Shown: positions 55,391 to 64,000 of the stretch, piece by piece
How the letters are laid out: every line of letters starts with the position of its first letter
Position numbering within the stretch: the first letter of the stretch is position 1
Origin: Chiloscyllium plagiosum
Taxonomy: Eukaryota
DNA length: 64,000 nt
Direction: 5' to 3'
Assembly: GCF_004010195.1 (NCBI RefSeq)
Contig: NC_057735.1
Span: 13,694,057 to 13,758,056 of the forward strand
The notes under the pieces: model-generated
Databases searched by the model: none
What the model saw: the letters and a program-made list of their open reading frames with translations, nothing else
What the model was told of the DNA's origin: nothing
Made by a program: the position numbers and the translations under genes

Positions 55391-56069
55391 TCGGAACTCC
55401 CCCCGACCCCAGCAATAGGAAAACTGATATTTTGAGTCCAGAACCACCCAATTGAGTAACTGAGTCTGTTGATGTCACACATGGTACAGGAGAAAAGGGA
55501 GTGTTGGGCAGCAAACAGTGGGAGGGTGGGAGTGAAAGATCATATAATTAAACCTCCAGGATGCCCTCTGGCCCAAACTAGTAACATTACTTGGGTTCCA
55601 TAGCAAGGATATTGGCAATAGCTTTAGAATATTGAATACTATGCTGCCTCGGATCATTGCTGACACGAGTCAGTTTATTCACTTAAACCTGTTGCGTGCA
55701 ATAGTTAGGATTGTCAATGAAAGTAAGCAGTTCTAGTGATATGATATGACATTTTATGTTTTTAAAATATTTACCCTTTCAAGGATAGTTGTGGTATGCA
55801 CCACAATGATAAAGGATTGAAAACAGAATTTTTTGGACAGCATAACGCTGAAATTCTAAAGAAATAAGAGTCAAATCATTGGTATTCATCAACGTTTAGC
55901 AGTTCTTGCTATCAACAGCACTTTGATAAACTTCAGGTTAGATAATATTCTAACTACAAGTGAGAGTAAAGATATGTTAAGATAGTGCCTTGCTGCACTC
56001 TCACAGAATTATTTGATGGTGATTTCCAAAATCAGGATTGAGAATCTAATAGCTGGGTAATTTCCAGGT

Positions 56070-56140
56070 CGAGAGTGCGGTGCTAGAAAAGCATCTGAGG
56101 AGGAGAATTGACATTTCGGGCATAAGCCCTTCATCAGGAA
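56070..56140 (-). mobile_element. 71-bp family A hammerhead insert with 12-bp TSD (MED20 intron 1, sense)
   Basis: TAATTTCCAGGT at 56058-56069 and 56141-56152. Minus strand reads ATTC-CTGATGA-A-GGGCTTATGCCC-GAAA-TGTC-AATT. Confidence 0.85.
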
Positions 56141-56519
56141 TAATTTCCAGGTGGCCAACCCCATGCTATAACATGTCTTTATTCAAGGGATTGGCTGTGT
56201 GTGGCAGGGAGATAAAACCAACTTTTGCTGACATCTACATGGACAGATATTTGACATTATATAAAACAGCAAGGGCTAGAGAATCCCTCATGCAATGTCA
56301 CTTCAAAATGCAAAAACTCGAACTGGTCCACTGCTCAGCATCTCATTATGGGAACCAAGCTTTATCAGGACGTGGTAGCAGTCTGTGGAGTGCAAGTGGC
56401 AAAGGCAGATGGCAGCCATGAAGGACCTTGCCACTACTTTGAAATAAGCAGACATCACCAGAGGGTCAGGTGCCTAACCATGAGCTTATGTTGCCAAATG
56501 GCCAAAGTGAGGGTGAAGA

Positions 56520-56950
56520 TGCATAATCATCATCTGACTCAATTCCCTTCCTCGACATCTGTTTCCATTGCTGAGGATAGGGCTGGCCACCGATATACAC
56601 TGCAAACCCCTGACTCCCACAGTCCCCTCAACTATAAATCCTCATCCTATGCTTCCTATAAAGACTCTATTCTATTCTGCCAGTTTCCCAGTCTACATTA
56701 CAGTGAGAAAGGTTGTCCAGGATTGCAAGGAAACTTGATCATAATGGACTGAGTGGCAGATAATTTGGATAAATGCAAGGTATTGTATTTTGGAAAAACA
56801 AACAAGGGTTGTGTTGGCAGGATTAGACCAACTCTCCACGCTTCAGGCTCACTGCCTTTATTCCTGAAGGGCTTTTGCCCGAAATGTCGATTTCGAAGCT
56901 CCTTGAATGCTGCCTGAACTGCTGTGCTCTTCCAGCACCACTAATCCACA
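56520..56950 (+). mobile_element. Penelope-like RT fragment plus pLTR (with an intervening CR1-like piece)
   Basis: ~56540-56700 matches the PLE RT motif FLDISVSI...DSHSPLNYKSS...KDSILFCQF. 56860-56950 is a family A terminus with a 3-nt core deletion (ATTCCTGA-AGGGCTTTTGCCC-GAAATGTC). Confidence 0.7.
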
Positions 56951-57886
56951 CAACTTTGCATGTGTCTACATGCTAAAAAAAAGGATTAGAGAAACTCAGC
57001 AGGTCTGGCTGCATCTCTGGAGAGACAACGAGTTAATGTTTTGAGATCAATATGAACAGTTCATGAGTCAAAACCCTAATGCTTGTTTCTCTCATGACAA
57101 AAGGCCCTTTGACTTGCTGAGTTTCCTGAATTTTATTTCAGATCGCTGGCATGCATAGTACTTTGCTTTTATTTTCCTGCACCTCTAATGACCCCTTCAA
57201 CCCAAATGCCTCTGAAACGTAGAAAATTGACAGCTGCGACAGAGGTCATTCGGTCCCATTGTGCCCATGCCATTTTCCAGATCTTGGTCTGTAACCCTGG
57301 AGGTTGTGGAACCACAAGTACAATTTATATATATATTCATGAGCGTGATGAAGGTTTCTACCACTGTCACACTTTCAGGTAGTATATTCCAGACCCCCAG
57401 CATCCTCTGGAGACAAAAACCAACCCAACTCCTTGTCCAATTTACAACTCAGAGCAGAAAGTGCAAAGCAAGTCTCGAATCTTAGTCCCTCTGTGAGGCC
57501 TAAATATGCATGTTGATTCCAGTTACACTCACGTCTGATAGTAGAGGGGAACTGGTCAGAATCTGTAATTGTGTCAGAAAGAAATCATTTAAGATAAAAA
57601 CGGACGAATCCGACACAAGCATTTCACCTTAGAATGATTTGCAATGAGTTAAGCAACTTAGATATTCCACATTCAAGAAATGCTGGAGGCTCCTGACAAA
57701 GAGGGATGCTTTGACGTCTTTTTTGCTCTATATAATACAAATTTAACACGTGAAATTGTCTTGGAGATCCCAGGTTACTGAATGCTCTTGAATTCAGTTC
57801 TGGTTGCCTTGCTAAAGCTCAACTCCCTCCCCCTGCACTGACAGTTCTTTTGAATAAAGAGAGTTCATGAAAAAGGTGCCTCTCAC

Positions 57887-57900
57887 CAGGTAACACCCAT
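57887..57900 (-). CDS. MED20: Mediator complex subunit 20, coding exon 1 (MGVT+C, 14 nt)
   Basis: Minus strand reads ATG GGT GTT ACC TG|GTGAGA, matching the vertebrate MED20 N-terminus MGVTC. The split TG+C codon joins in frame to exon 2. Confidence 0.88.
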
Positions 57901-58104
57901 CCTCTCGGCTCCGGCTCTTCCTCCAACTCTGCAATCCTTCAACACCCTCCTGAGTCACCTCCTGCTGCTAAGATACGATCACAATCTCCCTCTTTCCCTT
58001 TTAGCGCCAATACTGCACCATCCTTCACCTCCTCCCTTGCGCTGTCCGCACCGCGACGATCGCAAACCCTCCAAGAGGCGTCTCTCACCTCACTCAAAGT
58101 AACC

Positions 58105-58439
58105 CTCCCGCAACCGCGCCCCTACTGGACAAATGGCTCTCCCGCAACCGCGCCCCTACTGGACAAGTGACTTTCCCACAACCGCGCCCCGACTGGACAA
58201 GTGGCTCTCCCGCAACCGCGCCCCGACTGGACAAGTGGCTCTCCCGCAACCGCGCCCCGACTGGACAAATGGCTCTCCCGCAACCGCGCCCCTACTGGAC
58301 AAGTGACTTTCCCGCAACCGCGCCCCGACTGGACAAGTGGCTCTCCCGCAACCGCGCCCCTACTGGACAAGTGACTTTCCCACAACCGCGCCCCGACTGG
58401 ACAAGTGGCTCTCCCGCAACCGCGCCCCTACTGGACAAG
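58105..58439. repeat. CpG-rich 34-bp minisatellite, 10 copies
   Basis: Unit CTCTCCCGCAACCGCGCCCC(G/T)ACTGGACAA(G/A)TG(G/A); 'ctggacaa' recurs every 34 bp from 58125 to 58431. Confidence 0.97.
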
Positions 58440-58847
58440 CAGACCTCCTAGCTGCAATTGCTCTCCACAATCAGGGTTGAACAGGCATCCCAGCATTAAA
58501 GATCCAGGGCAGACAAACATCCCCTGCCCTTGATGACAAACTTGATCACGACCTCATACCAACCTTTGAGAGTAAGGGAACTATTTAAAGCAAAATTAAA
58601 CACGGTTTAAAAAAAATGTTCCATCTACATTGTTTTCTACAATACTGCTGGGTTAATGGTAGTTTTCTTTTCCCTAGGATGGGGAATTTCAAGTCTAGGG
58701 TACACATTTTTTAAAGTGAAAGAGATTTAACAAAGACGTGAGGTACAAACCTTTTACACAGATAATGGTTAGCGGTGGAATGAACTTCCTGACAAAGTGA
58801 TGGATGTGTATAAAATTACAATGTTTAAAAGACATTTGGATCAGTAG

Positions 58848-60224
58848 AGTCATAGAATCATTGAGATGTACAGCACGGACACAGACTCTTCCGTCCAACC
58901 CGTCCACGCCGATCAGATATCCCAACCCAATCTAGTCCCACCTGCCAGCACCTGGCCTATATTCCTCCAAACCCTTCCTATTCATATACCCATCCAAATT
59001 GCTCTTAAATGTTGCAATTGTATGAGCCTCCACCACTTCCTCTGGCAGCTCATTCCATACACGTACCACCCTCTGAGTGAAAAGGTTACCCCTTCGGTCT
59101 CTTTTATATCTTTCCCCTCTCACCCTAAACCTATGCCCTTTAGTTCTGGAATCCCCCACCCCAGGGAAAAATAGTTTGTCTATTTATCCTGTCCATGCCC
59201 CTCATGATTTTTATGCACCTCTCAGCCTCCGATGCTCTGGGAAAACAGTTCTAGCCTATTCAACCTCTCCCTATAGCTCAAATCCTCCAATCCTGGCAAC
59301 ATCCTTGTAAATCTTTTCAGAACCCTTTCAAGTTTCACAATATCTTTCCGATAGGAAGGAGACCAGAATTGCATGCAATATTCCAAAAGTGGCCTAACTG
59401 ATGTTCCGTACAGCCACAACATGACCTCCCAACTCCCGTACACAATACTTTGACCAATAAAGGAAAGCATACCAAATGCTTTCCTCACTATCCTAACTAC
59501 CTGCAACTCCAATCTCAAGGAGCTATGAACCTGCACTCTAAGGTCTCTTTGTTCAGCAACACTCCCTAGGACCTTACCATTAAGTGTATCAGTCCTGCTA
59601 AGATTTACTTTCCCAAAATGCAGCTCCTCACATTTATATAAATTAAACTCCATCTGCCAATTCTCAGCCCATTGGCCCATCTGATCAAGAACCCATTGCA
59701 ATCTGAGGCAACCTTCTTCGCTGTCCACTACACCTCCCATTTTGGTGTCATCAGCAAACTTACTAACTATACCTCTAATGCTCACAATCAAATTATTTAT
59801 ATAAAGGATGAAAAGTAGTGGACTCAGCACCGATCCTTGTGGCACTCCACTGGTCACAGGCCTCCAGTCTGAAAAACAATCCTCCACCACCACCCTCTGT
59901 CTTCTACTTTTGAGCCAGTTCTGTATCCAAATGGTGAGTTCTCATTGTATTCTATGAGATCTAACCTTACTAACCCGTGTTCCATGGGGAACTTTGTAGA
60001 ATGCCTTACTAAAGTCCATATAAATCACACCTACCACTCTGCCGTCATCAATTCTCTTTGTTACTTTTTCGAAAAATTCAATCAAGTTTGTGAGACATGA
60101 TTTCTCATGCATAAAGCCATGTTGACTACCTCTAATCAGTCCTTGCCTTTCCAAATATATGTACATCCTGTCCCTCAGGATTCCCTCCAACAACTTGCCC
60201 ACGACGTCAGGCTCACTGGTCTAT
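58848..60224 (-). mobile_element. CR1-clade LINE, 5'-truncated, nested in an older CR1 3' end
   Basis: RT motifs VTSGVPQGSVLSP, SKFADDTK; tail ...atgattctatgact. Host CR1 pieces at ~58660-58847 and 60225-60358 on plus strand; agtag on both sides. Confidence 0.93.
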
Positions 60225-61719
60225 AGTAGATGAATGGGAAAGGTTTGGAGGGATATTAGCCAGGAACAGGCAGGTGGAACTAGTTTAGTTTGGGGTTACG
60301 TTCGGTATGGACTTGTTGGACAAAAGAGTCGGATTCTGTGCTGTATGACTGTATGACTAATCTTCAAACATCTCCCCTGATTTTAATTGAAGTCGCATGT
60401 AGTGCCAAAATACATATTGTGTAGAACTAAAGGGATACCGAAAAAACACATAACAGATTGGATATCAAAATAGAGTTTAACTTTGCAGATCTGGCAGCAC
60501 CTTCGGCCCAACAAGTCCACACCGCCCAACTCTACGTATATCGCAAATTCGTGGTATATTGACATCTGAACAACGTTTAATTACACAATATATGTCCATG
60601 TTTACAAGTGTTGACAGACATGCAAAATGATGCTGCGGCAGAAGCATATCGCCACAATGAGTTCCCAACTACTTTAACATCTTGACGTTGTCCTTCCACT
60701 TACAGGACAAGATGATACAATGCTGATTGAAGCAGACAAGAGCCAGCTGCTAAATTGATCCTGAGGAACCAGAGCATTTTTGACCTTTGCCAAACATGTG
60801 AGTAATCCTGTACCATAGAATCCTGCAGCACAATACGAACCTACCGGGTGTTTTATGTCGATAGTTTCTCATTGAGAGGGCAATTCGACTAGTCCCAACC
60901 TTCTGCTCATTCCCCATAGCTCTATTTTCTCTGTTCAAATAATTATGGATTTATGCTATAATTACATTTCAAAGTTTTGAAAGTATTTCCACTACCATAT
61001 CAGGCAGCATGTTTCAAAATTATTGCACCTTGGGGCTTAAACTTAAATTCTCATGTCCCAGCTGGATATGAAAGAAGTGTGAGTTTTGGAACGATGGCAG
61101 AAAAGTGAACCTTTGAGGGCATCTGTCTTGTTTTGAGTGAGTTGAGACTTGTGCAGAATTCTTTTCATTCACTCATGGAATGAACATCTCTGGTTGGATC
61201 AGCACTTACTGCCCATCCCTGGGTGCCCTTAAAAAGGTGGTGGTGATGAGCCACCTTCTTGAACCTCTGAAATCCATTTGTCTGTTAGAAGAATCAAGTC
61301 TTGAAGTGATGGGCATGGACTGTAGTAGCCAATTAAGGAAACTGGTAAAAGGACCAAAAGTATATTGAGGGAGCAATTTGTATTTATATAGGATCTTTCA
61401 TGTCATAAAACATGCCAATATGTTTCAAAGGGGTATTATATACTGAGCTACTTAAAACAATATTAGGGCCCAAATGTTTTGTTGAAGAAAAAATAGGTTT
61501 TAAGATGAGTATAAACAAAAGGGAGATAGAGAAGCAGGAAAATATAGGGCAAGAATTTCAGAGCATGGAGGCCTAGGGAAGGTATAGCCACTAATGATGG
61601 AGTGATTAAAATCAATGATGACAGGAAGTTAGAATTAGAGGAACATAGGTTATGGGGTTGGAGACAAAATGTTATGATCAGTTAGTAAAGCTGATGGAAC
61701 CTTTTTAATAAGCATAAAG

Positions 61720-62397
61720 TCTGTAAAGACCGTTCCCTCGACCACTACCTTGTCAGGCCCCCCAACAACCCATCCTCCCCTCCTGGCATCTTCCCCTGCC
61801 ACCACAGGAATTGAAAAACCTGTGCCCACACCTCCATCCAAGACTCCATCAAAGTTTCACCTGCATTTCCACACATGTCATTTACTGTATCCATTGCTCC
61901 CGATGTGGTCTCTTCTACACTGGGGAGACAGGTCGCCTACTCGCAGAGTGCTTCAGAGAACATCTCCGAGACACCCACACCAACCAACCCCACCACCCAT
62001 GGCCGAACACTTTAACTCCCCTTTCCACTCCGCCAAGTACATGCAGGTCCTAGGCTTTCTCCCTTACCACCCAATGCCTGGAGGAAGAACGCCTCATCTC
62101 CGACCTTGGGACCCTCCAACCACATGGCATCAGTGTGGATTTCACCAGTTTCCTCATTTCCCATTCCCCCACCTTACCCCAGTTCCAACTTTCCAGCTCA
62201 GCACCGCCTTCATGACCTGTCCATCTTCCTTCCCACCTATCCGCTTCATCATTCCCTCTTTTACCTTTACCCCCATCTCCATCTACTATTGCTCAACGTT
62301 GATTTTCCTGCTTCTCGGATGCTGCCTGTGCTGCTGTGTTTTTTCAGTACCAGACTCTCGACTAATCTCCAGCATCTGCAGTCTTCACTTTCGCCTA
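61720..62397 (+). mobile_element. Penelope-like element 3' part with GIY-YIG endonuclease remnant
   Basis: ORF 61811-62053 contains FTCISTHVIYCIHCSRCGLFYTGETGRLLAECFREHL (GIY-YIG with CxxC), followed by pLTR and family A tail with the hammerhead mostly deleted. Frameshifted. Confidence 0.88.
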
Positions 62398-62781
62398 TAA
62401 AATCAAGGAGATCTTACACAGGTAAAAAGGCTCTTCAGGCCATCGGGTCCTTTACTGGTCATCAAGCATCTATCTGTTCCAGTCCCATTTTCCAGCACTT
62501 GCCTCATAACCTGGTATATTACAGTATTCAAGTGCTGATTTAAATACTTTTAATTACCTTGAGGGTTCCCATCTATTCCATACTTTTAGGCAATAATTCC
62601 CAGACACCCAGCTACCCGCTTGGAACAAATTCCCCTATAAAATTGTACACCCTCCCACCACCCCACCTCCTACTACTACTGACTCTACTATAAAGGGGCA
62701 AAAAGTTCTTATCAGTGGCCCTCATAACTTTGTAGATCTCAATCAGCCTTCTGTAGTCTAAGGGAAACAATCCCAGTTCAA

Positions 62782-62889
62782 GTGAATCCGTTCTGAGGAA
62801 GGGTCACTCGACCAGAAATGTTAAGTCTGATTTCTCTCCACAGCTGCTGTCAGACTTGCTGAGCTTTTTTCATCAATTTCTGTTTTTGC
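62782..62889 (+). mobile_element. PLE-terminus insert, hammerhead family C
   Basis: GTT-CTGAGGA-A-GGGTC ACTC GACCA-GAAA-TG-TT^AAG at 62790-62825. TSD cccagt(t/c)caa at 62772-62781 and 62890-62899. Confidence 0.72.
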
Positions 62890-63044
62890 CCCAGTCCAAC
62901 TTGCAGGAGAATAATTTGCAGGGGCAGTGACCATGACAATAGATTTTCTCTTTCAAAGGGCCTGCATTAGCAAGATAGCCTGTAAAGCCTCCTGACGATT
63001 AAAGGGAAGCAATGGGTATGATAAGGGACCAAGTGGGAGAAAAG

Positions 63045-63347
63045 GTGCTCAGTGGTTAGCACTGCTGCCTCACAGCGCCAGAGACCTGGGTTTAATTCCC
63101 ACCTTGGGTGACTGTCTGTGTGGGGTTTGCACATTCTCCCTGTGTCTGCGCGGGTTTCCTCCAGGTGTTCCAGTTTTCTCCCACAATCCAAAGAAGTGCA
63201 GGCCAGGTGAATTGGCCATGCTAAATTACTCATAGTGATAGTTGCATTAGTCACGGGGGAATGGGTCTGGGTGGGTTACTCTTCGGAGGGTCAGTATAGA
63301 CTTGTTGGGCCGAAGGGCCTGTTTCTATACTGTAGGGAATCTAATCT
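63045..63347 (+). mobile_element. HE1-type V-SINE adjoining the BYSL promoter
   Basis: A-box gctcagtggttagcac, B-box-like gggtttaattccc, V-domain, aatctaatct tail. Confidence 0.9.
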
Positions 63348-63429
63348 CAAAAGCAGACTGCAACAACTGGGCAGAATGAAACTGACTACATAATAATGGA
63401 ACGTTGTGTATCTTATTGAAATGGATACA

Positions 63430-63607
63430 TATCGCGCAGGCGCAGTAGGCAGCTGTGCTGGCCACGTGGGCCGGGTAGACGTGCTCGGCGTTTCTCGATC
63501 TGGTGTTAGTTTCCCCCCGGGATCTGGGAAAAGAGGGGGCACGATTCCGTTTTTGTTTTAACGTGTCCCAGGTGGGGGGGAGTCGGTGCTTCAATTTCGG
63601 TCGGGAA
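63430..63607 (+). promoter_or_regulatory. BYSL CpG-rich promoter/5'UTR with NRF1-like site and E-box
   Basis: CpG-rich. GCGCAGGCGCA (NRF1-like) at 63434-63444 and CACGTG at 63463-63468. Confidence 0.65.
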
Positions 63608-63866
63608 ATGCCGAAAACGAAGGCGGCGAAAGGCAGGCTGAAGGAGTCCAGGGGCCTGGCCTTGGCCGATCAGATCCTGCAGGAAGATGCTGTCAAACCG
63701 ACCAGCCGCATCAAGAAGCGGGGCCGGGGGGACGAGGAGGCCGACGATGAGTACGTGGACGAGAAACTGTCCCGTAAGATCCTGGAGCAGGCCAGGATTC
63801 AGCAGGAGGAGCTGGAGTCAGAGCATGGGGTCGGCAAGAGGAAGAGACCCCAAACCACGATCCTGG
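63608..63866 (+). CDS. BYSL: Bystin, coding exon 1 (gene continues beyond window)
   Basis: ATG at 63608: MPKTKAAKG...LADQILQEDAVK...EYVDEKLSRKILEQARIQQEELESEHG, the bystin N-terminus. Phase-1 donor CTG G|GTAGGT. Divergent from MED20 as in human. Confidence 0.93.
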
Positions 63867-64000
63867 GTAGGTCTGACTGCACTGTCCGGCGCGGGGGAAA
63901 GGGGGGTGTTGGCGCCTCCAAATACAGAATTGCGACCGGTTTAGTGTTAAATCTGCATCACCCAAGCTTCTCAAAGCAATTGTGAAAAAAGAGTTAATGT

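Noticed and set aside
53777-55435. Possible active reverse transcriptase gene
   Set aside because: Split by stops and frameshifts, 5'-truncated, no endonuclease domain.
58105-58451. CRISPR-like appearance and repetitive ORFs of the 34-bp array
   Set aside because: Units are head-to-tail with no unique spacers, there are no cas genes, and the context is vertebrate.
63503-63985. 160-aa ORF as the whole BYSL product
   Set aside because: Similarity begins at ATG 63608 and ends at the donor at 63866; the flanks are UTR and intron.

Overview
Eukaryotic (vertebrate) genomic DNA. The repeat families (HE1/V-SINE, CR1/HER1-type LINEs, Deu-type SINEs, Penelope-like elements) point to a cartilaginous fish, probably a shark. 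Genes: (1) a complete four-exon MED20 on the minus strand (ATG 57900, stop 39953, 211 aa, all introns GT-AG and in phase). (2) BYSL coding exon 1 on the plus strand (63608-63866), divergent from MED20. (3) A CpG-island promoter with a probable non-coding first exon at ~23260-23600 on the minus strand; from the human USP49-MED20-BYSL gene order this is probably USP49, which makes 1-23261 mostly intron. The rest is transposon debris and tandem repeats. The most striking non-gene signal is about a dozen copies, in four sequence families, of minimal type-I hammerhead ribozyme motifs (CUGANGA-N-stem II-GAAA-palindrome-UH) from Penelope-like element termini. Many sit in 70-200 bp inserts with their own target-site duplications, and some form fold-back pairs. 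Also seen: a degenerate 16-bp minisatellite upstream of the putative USP49 promoter, a CpG-rich 34-bp x10 minisatellite upstream of MED20 exon 1, a 76-nt intronic hairpin, and an inverted CR1 pair around MED20 exon 1. All family names come from recognising motifs by eye; no database search was run.
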